NCBI RefSeq assembly: GCF_006345805.1
Contig: NC_043000.1
Span: 129,890,001 to 129,954,000, forward strand
Origin: Octopus sinensis
Taxonomy: Eukaryota
Reading direction: 5' to 3'
Length of the DNA: 64,000 nucleotides
The position numbers and the translations under genes are program-made. This document shows positions 12,354 to 27,890 of this stretch, piece after piece; the stretch's first letter is position 1; every line of letters starts with the position of its first letter. The notes under the pieces are model-generated. The model did not search any database. It had not been told where the DNA came from and saw only the letters and a program-made list of their open reading frames with translations.

Positions 12354-15300
12354 TATATGCTTGTGTGTGTGTTCCATTGCTTTTTGTTATCTATCGAATA
12401 GTTTATAATTCATACTGAGAAGGAAATTTCAAGCTAATAATGATTTTCTAAAGAAAAATGACACGACTTCATGACTTTTCTCGTCACGGCGTTAGAATAA
12501 AGTGGTATTTAATCGTAAGCGAAAAAATAACACAAAATAAAGGTTTGTATTAAATAAACGTTGAGTGTCAGATTGTAAAATACATTAATAAGTAGCACAC
12601 AGTAAAATATAGCCATAAATGTTGAGGTAAATATTTATAAAATTCTTAATAATTTCATTTCGAAAAACAATTGTTAGAATCCTTTTGAGATTTCAGATTT
12701 GTTTTACTTACAAATAAATATATTATTTTGTTGCCTATAAACTGTCAGCGAAATATAACCGTCCTGGAGCAAAATAACGAAATGAAAGTTTAGAATTTTG
12801 AAAACAGTTAATAATTGTTTATTTCTTCAATAAACATCTCGAAAGACAATTGACAAATCCTTTTGAGATTTCAGATTTAATTTTTTTACAAATAAATATA
12901 TTACGTTGTCAGTGAGATATAAAAAAGCGCTAGACCGAAGAAGAATAAATATGATAAATAGAAGACAAGCATTACATCTAGGAAAATTGTCACTTGAATA
13001 TCGTTGACGGTAGGTGCAATAATAAAATATGTATGTCATTATAAATGCAGCAAATATCTTGAATACAAAATAAAGTCTAATAACTTTATTAAAATTCCGA
13101 ATTGGCCATTGTTTTATTACAGTTCTTAATTTCACCGTCTCTAAAGGTGATCTAATAAAGATGATAATTCAAAAAGATTTATCATTGCAAATTTCATAGT
13201 ATGAAAGTTAATCAGTACCGTTGACCGAGAAATTGAATGGCAACACGTGTGCGCACACACACCCACATATACAAATGCACACACAAATGTCTATACTAAT
13301 TAAGAAAAATACAATACATATGGTTGCATCTTTATATAAAAACACTTTGCGTTAATACTTTGTCCCTGTTGATTACCATTGGTTCCCTAGCACCGTTTGT
13401 GTTTTTAACGCTGTTGACACAACCGAATAAAATGGTACTGCCAGGTGTCGAAACCACAATGATATCCGTTTAACAGCTGATGATTGGAATACATATTTTG
13501 TGCGCTTGTTTGTAATGCATATATGTTTTAGTATCGTTAGTGAGTTATCTTTCATTCCAGCTAAGTGGTAAGTGTTTGTAGATTCATGGTCTGTAGAGAT
13601 TACTTACATTGATATTACTTGTTTTTCTTCTTAGATAAACCCATTAGGCTTGAATAGCGATTAGATATTGGTATGTAGTAGTTTTGTGGGATTCTGTATT
13701 ATATGTGTATGAATACCTGTTTGTATACACAACCTCTGTGCAACTTTATTTTATATATTACTTGTAGATTAATATTTGAAATCCTACCTGTGTTTATACA
13801 CCGCAAAATTAATATTAATTCTATTTTAAAACAGAGTTTCTATAGATTTGTAACATACGTAAATATGTCATAAATACAGTTTATATACATAGCGACAACA
13901 TAGAAATAATTTGAATGCCAAGCCAACATTACAAAATAGACAAAATGCTCTATAAATTCTACTTGGACTTTTTAAAAATTGTCATGTATGGTAATTTTAT
14001 TCCACATTGGTATATGATTTATTTTATTTTATCATACATACTAGCACTTTTTTGACTTAGATGTTCTTCCTCTAATTCAAGTTTTTCTTCATTCTCACAT
14101 TTAGAGCCCTCTTACTTTTTTCGCTTATAAGAATTTCAATATATATGTTGATAGTTAAATATGTATTTCATTTGCTATCGTCTTTCCGAAGTAAGATTAA
14201 ATGCGGTGATGAAATACAATGTGCCTCATTACTTTTGAACAGGGATATTCTCTTCCAGTATGGTAGACACATAGTGGCATTTGATTTGATAACTGCTTCA
14301 AGCTAAGAGATGGTATGGTTCTTATACGGATATTTATTATTGAAGTAATAATAATGATCTGGGTATGCATTATCGAGCTATTTATGTGCTGGGTATTTAT
14401 TATTTTTAATATTGAAATTTTCTGGTGACTCATTTTTCATGTATCAGCTAATACTTGGTGCAGATTGCTTTTTGTGTGATGTTATATACATTTGGCAATT
14501 TCTTGAATAAACTATAAGTCGGTAAGTTTAAGCAGTTCATCACGCATTAAGCTATGCTTCTTCAATTTAATAGCTTTTCTCATTTTGATTTAATCAGATA
14601 TCTGTTTCCTCAGTGTTTTTAGTAGTTTGTCGATCTCGTGCTGTGATATTTTTATTCTCCCCAGCTATATTCCTTCCACCAATAACAGAATTACATATTT
14701 AATATCGATTTTCTTTCTTCTATGTAGATGAGCATTTAAATGGAGCGTTATTCTGGTTTAATCGACGCCAGTTTATATCTGAAGTGTATTTTATCGACTT
14801 AGAGACGGGAATAATAAAAATATACATAGGATGGATTTAAATTTTGATGTAAACATTCCTTCTGTTCCAAATTAATGGTTGCAAGCCCTATATTCGCTGT
14901 TTCCCACATTATTAAATAAATCATTTTACTTATTGAGATAAAAACTGTTTAAGCCACACGGGAGATTTCACAGATTTTATGTTTATGCTGAAAATATATT
15001 ATTTAATGATAATTGTGGCAGAATGAAACAAGAAATGAAAATTAATGTAATTAATATGATGCCACTTGCTTGGAACTCCCAAGTGGACTGCCGATGCGGG
15101 AAAAGCCAAAAAAATATTAAAAAGCACCAAGTAAACATCATTAAGATAACAAACCGATTTAATAATTAATGAATCTTTTTATTAATTATTGAGGCAGTAG
15201 AGACAGAAGATATTTAGTGATGCAAGTTTTCTGTAAAGCTGATATAATGCCAAAAATGACATGAGATTTTGAACTGAAAAAGCATTGAAATATAACAGGT

Positions 15301-16902
15301 TTCATTGTCCTTCTGTGTGAGATAACAATATAATAGACGAACTGTAGAGCAAATCTCATTTCAGATGTATCGTGTGTTAAATCTGTTGCTGTCAAGTGGA
15401 ACCTTAACATTTTAAATCTGTAATATTATGGCTTTTTTCAAAACAACATAGATGACAAAAGAATAGGGGTGACTGCTTATGAACCTGTTATATCGCAATA
15501 CTACACAGTGGCCGTGTGAGCATCTCCTCCTCGTCGTCGCTGTTATATTGCACGCTCGGATGACCTCTACTCGACATCTAGACTTCTCCCTCTTATATCT
15601 ACGTATTGGGCTAGCCTACTTCATCGTCTGGGGGCGCCCACACAACAGAACCGAATATAGCATGTAGTTTCGATTCTAACGGGAGCTGTTCCTAAATATA
15701 TTAGTCACATTTAATTTTTGGTTAAACGTGTGAGACGTTGTGAACATGTAATGGACCACTTCATTAGCTTTATAATTCATCGATGTGTTTCATGCAGCGA
15801 AATTTCCAAAATGAAATATGTCACCCATGAAAAGTGAATTCTTACATTTTCGGAAGAGACTTTTGTAATGTCAGAACTAAACTTCTCTACAGAACAAGCG
15901 AATTTATTTTATTTTCCAAAGTTGATTAAACACTTCATTTTTATCCTAAGAAGTAAGTTAACTTTGGTTTTTCTCGAATTCTTGCACCAGCAAGGTTTTG
16001 TTGGTTATTTATTGTTTGTTCCTAATATATCAAAATCCACTTCGATTATGTATACCAAGATATTCGGCTAAATTAAATGCATCATTGTTAACAAAGTCCC
16101 CCCATTTGCCTACTTCACGTGCTCCAAGTGTTTATTGCAACATAGATTTGGTTGTATATATTGCTATGACGTCTTAACAATAAACCAAACAGATTGCAAA
16201 AAAAAAAAATAAAATAATGATACCTAAACCCAACGATAATCTCTCCAACAGAACCTTTCAGGAACGTGTGTAACAAATGCATTTCACTATATAAACAGAA
16301 AAATAATGAAAATATATTGGCGAGAAACAACAAATATAACGAACGGCTTCTTGTGAGGACATTTATGACAATTAATCTCAAAGAAATTTTATAGTTTGAG
16401 ATCCTTTAAAGATATAGATATACCGAAGCACACACACACACAAACAAACATAATTCATAAATATCTATTTCAATTGTAGCTTTCGCATATATATTGTTCA
16501 CCTAGATTCACTGCATAAAACCTATAATCGATTTATGCTCGATTTAGGCTATCTCAAGAAATATAGTTAATTTTCTTATGGATTTAGCATACAATGAATC
16601 TAATACAGATTTTCTTGACTTATTTTCTTATGCATGGTGACTATTATGATAGATGTCTCCAGTAAAACTAAATCAATTTAAATATACGCTTCCTTTACTG
16701 GTTTCATTTCTTTTCCAATAGATCGTAATGGATAGTTTCACAATGGATATACAGTCTCACCTAATCGTTTACACAATCACAACCACGAACACATATAATG
16801 ACAAGGGTAAGCACACACGTATATGTGTGTATAATATGTATAATGCAATATACAGTACATGTATAATACACATACATATAAGCACGTATAAATACCATTC
16901 GC

Positions 16903-16979
<77 letters not shown>

Positions 16980-17103
16980 GTCTGTCTGTCTATCTATCTG
17001 ACTATCCATCTGTCTATCTATCTGTCTGTCTATCTATCTGACTATCCATCTGTCTATCCATCTATCTATCTGTCTATCTATCTGACTATCCATCTGTCTA
17101 TCC

Positions 17104-17145
<42 letters not shown>

Positions 17146-17195
17146 ATATATATATATCCATCTATCTATCCTATCCATGCATCTATCTATATATA
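16903..17195. repeat. (TATC)n/(TGTC)n microsatellite
   Basis: Direct inspection. Confidence 0.97.
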
Positions 17196-17810
17196 TAGTT
17201 AAGATGATAAAAAAGAAAAGAACCTAGTACTTAACACATGCAGTAACAGTTGTACATATTAAAAACAGAAATCGTATGATGATTTGTACGTGTAGAGACA
17301 CCTCTACGTCTTCGGAAGCAACAGAGGGAGATTCCAGTGTTGTTATCACACACACGCGCACACACACTCACACACCCATACACATACTTATTTATACGTC
17401 TTTCTCTCCACCCCCTCTCTTCATACACATGCACACACACACACAGACACGAAGTATGCGGGTTTAGTTTACAGGTGATCTAAATGAATAAGTACGCTAG
17501 GTAAGTGCTGTAACGGATTACCAGGATTCCAAGGTTATAGCCGAGACGGTAGGTATGGAGCCATTGTAGATTTCCTATATAGCGGATTTCCGATATGTTA
17601 TGAAATATACTTTTATAAGTGGAGGGGTAAGAGAGGCCAGTGACTCCGAAGTTTCGGCCCGCTAGCCTACCGAAAAGTCGAAGTCACTGTCATCTCCACT
17701 TCTCGTAAAAACATTATTGGTATGAGTTCTACAGTAAGTGTTGAATAATTCTTCAGTTTAACGTTAATTTATTATGCATAAAAAATATATAAGATATATG
17801 TTTGGGTACC

Positions 17811-17811
<1 letters not shown>

Positions 17812-17877
<66 letters not shown>

Positions 17878-17887
17878 GTGTGTGTGT

Positions 17888-17954
<67 letters not shown>
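17812..17954. repeat. (TA)n followed by (TG)n microsatellite
   Basis: Direct inspection. Confidence 0.97.
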
Positions 17955-17956
<2 letters not shown>

Positions 17957-18156
17957 TCCGTCTTCTGTGGAAAAGTAATCTTAAATCTTGTCTTTGACTC
18001 AAAACCAGAGACGGTGTTATATATATGGAAGTAATATTCTCTAACTAAGCTACTTATTTGAATATTGAAATCAGGAAAAGAGAAACCGATTGTTAGACAC
18101 ACATTGACTGATACTTATAGTAATCAAATCCAATTTGACATGTCTGGAAAACTGTG

Positions 18157-18195
<39 letters not shown>

Positions 18196-18520
18196 TGTAC
18201 GTATGTATATATATATATATATAGTGATGTTAGATAAATTTAGTCATTTTTCCCATTTATTTTAATCCTTTCCTCTTTTTTTGCTTTAACACGAAAAACA
18301 TTTTTCATCGTTACTCTTTTATTCCTGTACAACTTTTTTGTTTATCGTTTGTTTTTTTCTTAAATTTGAATAAATTTGACTTTTATCCCTACATATGACA
18401 ATGGATTACCAAGAAGACAAAGAAAAAAATGTTTCTACTAACTCATGGCGAAATATATTAGGTAATATATGAAATACTAAAGTGTACATATATATGAAAT
18501 ACTAAAGTGATCATATATAT

Positions 18521-18917
18521 TCTTTTCTACTCTAGGCACAAGGCCCGAAATTTTGGGAAAGGGGCCCAGTCGATAAGATCGACCCCTGTACGCAAATGAC
18601 ACTTAATTTATCCTGAAAGGATGAAAGGCAAAGTCGACCTCGGCGGAATTTAAACTCAGAAAGTAAAGACAGACGAAATACCTATTTCTTTACTGCCCAC
18701 AAGGTACTAAACACAGAGAGAACAAACAAGGACAGACATAGGTATTAAGTCGATTACATCGACCCCAGTGCGTAACTGGTACTTAATTTATCGACTCCAA
18801 AAGGATGAAAGGCAAAGTCGACCTCGGCCGAATTTGAACTCAGAACGTAACGGCATACGAAATACCGCTAAGCATTTCGGCCGACGTGCTAACGTTTCTG
18901 CCAGCTCGCCGCCTTAA
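18521..18917 (-). mobile_element. Dimeric SINE family B with 13-bp TSD
   Basis: Two core modules. TGATCATATATAT at 18508-18520 and 18918-18930. Confidence 0.93.
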
Positions 18918-20075
18918 TGATCATATATATTGTCATAGGGAATGGAACACCATAGACAGTAGAGCAAAAACTGAGGTTTAATAGGAGACCGAATAAATTC
19001 TGGAGAAGGGGTGTGCAGAATGTACGAGTCGGAATCAGTACGATATATAATGGTTAAAAATTAATGAGTGTGTAATCTCGAATATAACGCCGTGTCAAAG
19101 CAGCCAAAAAGAGTACTTTTACTGCGACATAACGCATCGACGTAGCAGAAAATATTTAGCAGCTTTCCCAGGTCAGAAAGTTAAGTAGCGAATAATATTA
19201 CTATCCTACTGGGACTCGTAGATTCAGTAGGATTGTGATGAGGGTCGACTAACTCAAACGTCTTGAACCCATGTTCCACGTTGTATCTTAATCTGATAGA
19301 AACAACAGCTAAATTTCCTTCGTATTAAGCTCTACCACCGTAAATAAGAAAAAGACACACAAGCAATTCTATTCCGATAAAGACGAGATGATCATGGTTG
19401 GAAAGTCTTGCTAATGTGTTTGTTCGATATGGGTTCATACGGGGACGAACAATAACAAAGATATCTTTAAGAAATCCAACTTAGAGATATCACAAACTTT
19501 GTGGCAAAGAAAAATTTCTCGAAAATTATAAATGGGATGAGATTCTGTATTAAAAGTCCATATAAAATTGGAAATGATGGTCGATTTATACGTGGGGGAG
19601 AAAAAATACAAAATACCAAAAAATACAAAATACAAATAAAGGGAGGGAAATGCCATTTCTGCGAAGCTGATGCTTATGTCAGCAATTGCCAATAACGCAG
19701 AGTTCTGTGGCAATTAGTCTAGATGTTTTAACTGAATAAGCAAGATAATTTTCTGAATTAATACATATGGAAAGAACATTTTTCCTGGGGGGACAATGTG
19801 GCTTAGGCATTATTTTGTAAAGCCATTCTGTACAATTTGTCAAAGAATACTGCAGCAAATAATGATTGAGAACCATATATGCAAAAAAGAGAAAAAAAAG
19901 TGTCGGTTTAATAGATTACATTTAGAGATACAACGACAGCTCTTATGAGTAGTGTTACGGTTTGCACAGAAACACCTACATATACATACAGGCACACACA
20001 TATATATAAATATATACATAAATATGTATATATATACCTTCATATATATATATATAAAATAATGATTTAATAATG

Positions 20076-20127
<52 letters not shown>

Positions 20128-20596
20128 CACGCACATATATACACACGTATATATTTCGAAGTTATAAAATGCCAGTTTGAGAGACCACCAATAAAAAAAA
20201 AGAAAAGAGAGAGAGAGAGAGAGAGAGAGGGATGAAATAGGACCATTTATTTAGTCGAAATTGAAGATTTAGTCTGTCGCTCCTGTTTCTGTACAATTCT
20301 ATGTCTGTTATTACGGGGAAAGCAATGAGGATAATCGAAGGAGAGGGGAGAGAGAGAGTAAAGGAGGAATGGAAAGAGAGAGAGAGAGGAGGGGAGTGAG
20401 AGAGAGAATGAAGGCTCAGTTTTGAATAAATAATCTCTGCTTTGTATAATGAGTACTTTTTCTATCGTTTGCAAATCCAACACACATGCAAAAACACATG
20501 TGCAGACATTACACATATATGCATATATATATACGTCCATGAATATATACACATGTATGTATATTTACATATATATATATACATATATATATACAC

Positions 20597-20649
<53 letters not shown>

Positions 20650-21418
20650 CATGCATATATATATAAATATATATATATTTACATGTGTACTTAGATAGAT
20701 ATGTGCACACGTACACTCATATACATGTATATATGTGTATGTATTATATGTGTTTTTGTATATATATATATATATATATATATACTCTAAGATACTGTAA
20801 AAGGAGTTGTAGTTTACGAAATATCCTTCTTGTCATATGATGTTTCGTATATGTGTTGTAATTCACTCTTTGAAAAATAACCTAATTTGATGCAATTAAG
20901 AATTTGAAAATTATTGTATTTTAATAGTTTCTTTTCATCTTATGCAGACTAACGATCTGTCTTCAGAAGTTAAAACTACTTTCACTTTGTTCGCATGTTG
21001 TCAGTTTGAATCTAAGATTTCTGCCTTTTAATTATTCACATAGTTTGGCTTTATAAATGTCATAGGCTTTGAAGTTTTGTAACTGCAGTTTCCCTCAATC
21101 ATTGATTTCCGCCGATGCTGGCTGAGAAAAGAAAATATTTTTATGTACGAATACATGTGCGTAGATATACCCACGTGAATCAAAATTCTACACATACATA
21201 AATACATTCTGTCCCAGATACAGGCACACACACATAAGTGCAGATACTCAACTCAGGTACTTATGTGTGAGAGTACACATATATATCTATATACATATAT
21301 ATGTGTGTGTGTGTATGAGTATATATAAGTGTAGATGTATCCACATATAAACATGTATACATATATATTTATATATACACACATATACATATATATGTAT
21401 ATATCGAGAGAGAGAGAA

Positions 21419-21452
<34 letters not shown>

Positions 21453-22401
21453 TGAGAGAGATACTTTTACAGCCGTACATGAATATATAAAGGAAGTAGA
21501 TGAAATACGAGTGGTCGTAAACAAAGGAAAATTAAAAATACAATTTCTCCCAGAAATCTTTCAAAAAATAATGAAAAACGGATAATAAAATAAAAATAGA
21601 TTTAAAGAAAACAAATGAATATACAAGAGAAATTGAATTTTTAAAATTGAATTTTAAGAAAGAGAACAAAAATAGCTGCAAAAAAAAACACGTTTCCTTT
21701 CTCTGAACAAAAGAGCATAAAACAGAATTTAAGAAAAAATAATGAGGCTAGTAGTAAAGTATTAAAATATATAAGACACAAAAACAAAGTACATACGTAT
21801 ACATACCTACATGTATGTATATATATATATATATATACATACACGCATACACATGTATACACATACACACACACAATTATCTATATATTATTGGATAACA
21901 TTGTACGCACACATAAATGTCTGTGTGTATGTCTACATATTAATTCCATATACTAAAATGCACAGGCGTAATATATGTATGCACAGAATTATGTGCTTCT
22001 GGTGATGTCTTACCGATATGCAAACCGCAAGAGCTCACATAGTCACACAGGTTCATACACAGGCACCCAACCTACACATATAAATCATACATTTACACGC
22101 AGGAACATTATTAAAAGGGAGGAGTAAAAATATGTGAAAAAGCACGCTTTTCGGAAGCGATGAGTAAGATATTAGAAAATTAAGAGTGAAATCACGTAGA
22201 GGTAGAAATTTATTGGACACATTACGGAAAGGTGTGAATAAATATATTAAAAAATCCTAAAAGCAAGCGTCGTCGTATACTTAAACGACTGCATCATTCC
22301 GAGTTTCATAGCGGTTGTACAACTGAGGCAAGACTCTTTTGTAATAATCCTGTGTGGATGATAGCCTTTTGAGTGAAATTTGATATGCAAGGCTCGTTGT
22401 G

Positions 22402-22493
<92 letters not shown>

Positions 22494-23650
22494 ACATATG
22501 TCTGGAGGGACATTTGCGTATTCTGTCTAACAAAGAAAGCGGCTACGTGGAAATATTTGCAATGGTAAACAAAATAGGAAGTATTAAATATAAAATATAT
22601 TTGATATTGACTTCAGTGGAAAAGAATCACTTCTCTTTCTTTTTGAGACTGTCATGAAGAAGTAAATAGTTTCTTCTTTACTTTTGCTTATCGAATTTCA
22701 GTCACTTAGATATAAAATAAATATTAAAAAATAATAAAATATGATTTTGACAGCCATACGTCAGAAATAATAGCGTTGGAAGCATTCGATTAGGCAGACT
22801 CTATCGACGGGATGTCACTACGAATACATGCCGCATGTCCAAATGCTTCTTAGCGTGCTTAAATTTATTTATTTGTCTCGCGTGAAGTACGATTTCTTTG
22901 TGGAGAAACGCTAGCGACACAGGTTACAAATTGGGGAACTATACCGATGGCATCATTCAGTTGTAACTGTGTTACACTTATACATGTCTGCATACATACA
23001 TACACATGCATATACTTATGCATTTGCATCTGAATACCATAGGAATGTACAATTATATTTAACGTATTAGTGTACACTTGGACATGGAAAGACATACGCT
23101 TCAGCAATTGTCTCAGGAAAAAAATTCTCCTTGTAAACAATATTTAACAAGGAGGATTCTCTTTATAGACAGGCTATGAATGACGTCTTCAGGTTGTAGG
23201 GGGGAAATTTTTTTCTCCGTCTTGCTTGCTGTTAGCTACGGATACGAAATCACCCTTTATATCCACTAAGAACAAAGAGTTAGTACAGAATTTTTTTATC
23301 ACTGAACTGCTAGCTTATACGAAAATTTGTTGTTATTGTACTCAAAGCATTGTGAAGCAGAAATTAATGGATTAAAAGTGCTCTATACAGAGGTGAATAA
23401 AATATAGGCGTGTTCAATCATATAAAATGTTTGCGAGTGTCACAGAAGAGACTTATTTTCTATGAATAATGTTTATAGAAAGTATATTATTTCAGCAGAT
23501 GCTATCAAAATACTTAACTAGATCAAATAGTAAAGGAAAACTAAAATAAAGATGGTGCTGTAAAGTTAGACATGGTCTGGGCCAATACTGGCTGAAACCT
23601 ATCAAAGTATCAAAATATATTAGAAATATAATGAGACTAAAATATATAGC

Positions 23651-23688
<38 letters not shown>

Positions 23689-23719
23689 GCTCTCTCATAT
23701 ATATATATATAAATTTTAT

Positions 23720-23885
23720 TTTTTACTTGTCTCAGTAACCAGTCTAAGGCCATGCTGGGGCAGTGCATTGAAGAATTTTTATCAAACGATTCGACCCCAG
23801 AGTTTATATCTTTTAAAGTCGGATACGTATCCTATTGGACTCTTTTGTCGAATCGTTAAGTTACTAGGTGATATTTGTACACACA
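23720..23885 (-). mobile_element. Degenerate SINE family A 3' module
   Basis: TTTTTACTTGTCTCAGT..GGCCATGCTGGGGCA..TCGACCCCAG..CTCTTTTGTCGAATCGTTAAG matches the 6061 copy. Confidence 0.7.
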
Positions 23886-24716
23886 CTTATACACCTTATG
23901 CACACGCAGAGAAAAAGAGGCATATATGTTTTTACATACAATTTATATATTAGGGACGGAAGCAGTATTAATACCAACTATTGATCATTATATCTTACTG
24001 TTGATGCATTGTAGGAAAACCGCAAAAATGCAGTATTTGCCTTGAGAGAGAACATCTTGCATACATGTTTAGTGCTTAAAAGCACAGAGATATCTGTATG
24101 GGTGTGTGTGTATATGTATGAGTGTGCATGTATGCATATATATTTATATATGCATATGCACGTGTCACGCACACTCACGCATATATATGCGTGTGTGTGT
24201 GTGTGTGTGTGTGTATGTGAGTGGGCATGCATGCATATATATGCATCCTAAGCAAGTTGTGCTACATCTAAAGGCATGCAAACATCCTCTAGACTATGAA
24301 GAATTTCAGTGCCCCCTGTATGCAGATGTAGGAGGTATTTGTTACGGAATGTCTGCTAATCTGTTTTTATAAAGAACAATTCTAACTTTCGACTGTACGT
24401 TGGTTATATTGCTTCAATGTTGGTTTCGAAATGAGACGTCGTGTTGGTAATGACACAGTTTGGATAAATTGATGGTTACATATAGTTTTGCTTTGAACAA
24501 TTCTTTTATTTATATTTTCTAAATATTGCACTTGTTTATGGATATTATTTTGAGTGGAAAATAAAATTCAAATTATGAATGCAGTAATATGTTCAACTCT
24601 TGTTTGCAGCTATGTAAACTATATCCGAAATGTAACAACTTAGAAGAATAAGAAATATAATGGAATTATGGAAAAGTATTTCATAGGTAAGCTAAGAATT
24701 TTGATCTGCTAATAAT

Positions 24717-25293
24717 CTTTCCCACTCTAGGCACAAAGCCCGAAATTTGTTGGGAGGCGCCAGTCGATTAGATTGACCCCAGTACACAATTGGTACTTAA
24801 TTTTCGACGCCGAAAGGATGAAGGGCAAACTCGACCTCGGTGGAATTTGAATTCAGAACGTAAAGACATGAAATACCTATTTCTTTACTACCCACAAGGG
24901 GCTAAACACAGAGAGGACAAACAAGAACAGACAAACGGATTAAGTCGATTATATCGACCCCAGTGAGTAACAGATACTTATTTAATCGACCCCGAAAGGA
25001 TGAAAGGCAAAGTCGACCTCGGCGGAATTTGAACTCAGAACGTAGCGGCAGACGAAATACCTATTTCTTTACTACCCACAAGGGGCTAAACATACAGAGG
25101 ACAAACAAGGACAGAAAAACGGATTGATTCGATTATATCGACCCCAGTGCGTAACTGCTACTTATTTAATCGATCCCGAAAGGATGAAAGGCAAAGTTGA
25201 CCTCGGCGTAATATGAACTCACAACGTAGCGGCAGACGAAATACCGCTAAGCATTCGCCCGGCGTACTAACGTTTCTGCCAGCTCGCCGCCTT
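24717..25293 (-). mobile_element. Trimeric SINE family B with TSD of about 18 bp
   Basis: Three core modules. TTTTGATCTGCTA(A/T)TAAT at 24699-24716 and 25294-25311. Confidence 0.93.
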
Positions 25294-26190
25294 TTTTGAT
25301 CTGCTATTAATGAAACAAACATGTAAAGCTCAGTATACAGGCTTGATGAAAGAGGCAGATACGTGGGATTGAACCTAATCATGAACAAAATCAAAATTAT
25401 GAATTTTGGGGAAGTTGATAGCTGGAATGTGTAATTGAATAGATACGAATTAGAGACACGTGATTAAATATCGAGTCTAAATGTCTCACATATGTAACAG
25501 ACCGTGGTGTTAATAAGAAACTAAATTGACTGAAACATTTCAGAACTGAAACAAAGCAATGCTATTTCAAACGCTTTGAACTAAACTTGGACATTCATAC
25601 AGGAATCAAACTGGGGTATGCTTTAAACTATGGCTTACAGTCACGGCATAGCAATCAAATAAGAAGCAATTGTCTTTGAGACTTTGAAAGAAAATAGGGT
25701 GTCAAACCTAGATATTTTGTGAAAGAAATGAAACAAATAATGAAGAGTAGACGGCATTGATTAATCCATGCTCCTCGGTCTCAGTCCAAAGGCTACCTAA
25801 TTCTTCAAATGATGAAATGAATAAACTAAGGTATCTGGTGAAGAGGAAAATCTGTCTACTTAACTGAGAACAAAAGAAAAAGGGGAAGAAGATCACTGCA
25901 GGTCCCAAATTGAGACAGAAGCAGAGCATGGACAATGCTAGTGAGAATTCATAAAGTCATTTACGTAAAATGGCTTTGGTAGCCCAAACGTAAGCAATGT
26001 AATATATGTGTATATACTTGCGTATGTGAGTATGTGTGTGTTTGCACCATATATCATACAAACATTCATTTATATTAGCATTTACGCAAGAAATAAATAT
26101 ATTTTGAACCCAGTCTTTAAACACACACACAGGAGTACACGCTTTTGCACATAAAAGCATATACACTACCCATAAACTCTACTACTACTA

Positions 26191-26197
<7 letters not shown>

Positions 26198-26282
<85 letters not shown>

Positions 26283-26292
26283 ACTACTGCTA
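26198..26292. repeat. (ACT)n/(GCT)n microsatellite
   Basis: Direct inspection. Confidence 0.97.
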
Positions 26293-27104
26293 CACCTTAC
26301 ATGTGTTTGCTTCAGTGATCCTAAACATTTTTGAAGTGCTGAAACATTTATCGACGTTAATATTCAGGGTTATTTGCATGAATATCTAAATATACATATT
26401 TAAGTCTGTTTATATCAATATTGTTTGATGAATTATGTTTTAAAAAATCACTTTTCCCACCACAAATTCATTGATCATTCTTTTATCCTTTATGTGCAGT
26501 CTTACAAAAACTCTTTCATCTGCGATCGTTATCTTTGAAATATATCCGTTATTCGTACAATTACTTTTTTTTCATATTTATGTTATTTTCTATTGCATTT
26601 TTGTCACCCATTTAATTTCGTTCTAACAGTTAAGCAGCCTCATTTTCACAGTAAATCTACATATTTATTACACATTCTAGGGGTTCCGTTGCCTTATTTA
26701 TGTTTTATCGTGATTTTGATATATTTTTGTACTTATATTTATTCATTTAAATTGGTCTTCAAAATATTTTAACCTAGTTGTTTATCACACTAATGTTAGA
26801 CACCTTGTACGAATCTTTCCGCTGACTGTGGCTGATAATCGATGCTAACAAAGAACGGGAGAGCAACGTTTTCAAGTATTCATCGCTCGCATTCAAGATG
26901 GTTACGTCTGTCATTATTATATTCATTCGAAGTTCTTCATTTGTAATATTAGATGTATGTATATGCATTCGCCATGAATAATTTTTGTGAGTATTATATT
27001 GCAAGCGCATGTCGGCGTCTCGATATTTAACAATGCTTAAGTATAACTGCATATCGTACTCATATCTTTTGACATATATTGATAAATGATGGAGACAGAC
27101 AGCT

Positions 27105-27230
27105 ATAGATAAGCAGATAGGAAGACAGACAGACAGATAGATAGATACATAGATAGATAGATAGACAGACTGACAAATAGATAAATAGACAGATAAAATG
27201 CTAGGCAGTTACATAGGCAAGTAGACAGAC

Positions 27231-27276
<46 letters not shown>

Positions 27277-27390
27277 TGAGAGAGAGTGAGAGACAGAGAG
27301 AGAAAGAAAGAGAGAGATATTTAGATAGATAGATAGATACATACATAGATTCATAGATAGGTAAAGATGGGTAAAGAGATAGATACACAA
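27105..27390. repeat. Compound (GATA)/(GACA)/(TA)/(GA) microsatellite
   Basis: Direct inspection. Confidence 0.95.
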
Positions 27391-27890
27391 GACAGATTCA
27401 GAGATAATAGCAAATAGGCAAGCGTATGTGTTAACAAGTACATGGTGAAATGAGTCGAATATTTATGTAAAGACAGAGACACTTACATACACACAAACAC
27501 ACACGCGTATTCATGCACATTATCGGTTCTAATATTTGCCACAAATATCTAACGTGCAAGACAACAAAAAGATATACGTATTTAATCATATGGAAGCTTA
27601 TTTGTGTGCACGTTTACAAAGTTCTTCCTGAGTAGCACGGGTAGCTATATTTCGTGTACATATTATTATATATAAGTACATACTAAGGCTGAATATGTAT
27701 TATCTGCATGTATCTGTTTATATATTTGTTGTTACATTTGCATGTATAACACGTGTACATATATACATTATACATGCACACATGTATATGTATATATGAG
27801 TGTGCACGCGTGGGCGTATTTGCGTATGAGAATATGCATATATAAATGATGTGCGCGCACACACACACCCCACACACACATATATATATA

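Noticed and set aside
12660-12905. Local duplication of about 65 bp (ATCCTTTTGAGATTTCAGATTT..ACAAATAAATATATT)
   Set aside because: An ordinary diverged local duplication with no further structure.
15490-15690. Possible RTE 3' remnants here and at 41170-41430
   Set aside because: The motif traces (LW.P..TYVD) are too weak to call confidently.
19435-19900. Possible L1/Tx1 C-terminal zinc knuckle (KCHFCEAD)
   Set aside because: The His ligand is missing and the region is too degenerate to call by eye. It needs an HMM search.
24250-24330. Protein-like stretch KQVVLHLKACKHPLDYEEFQCPLYADVG as a possible exon
   Set aside because: Splice signals are weak and I recognise no homology.
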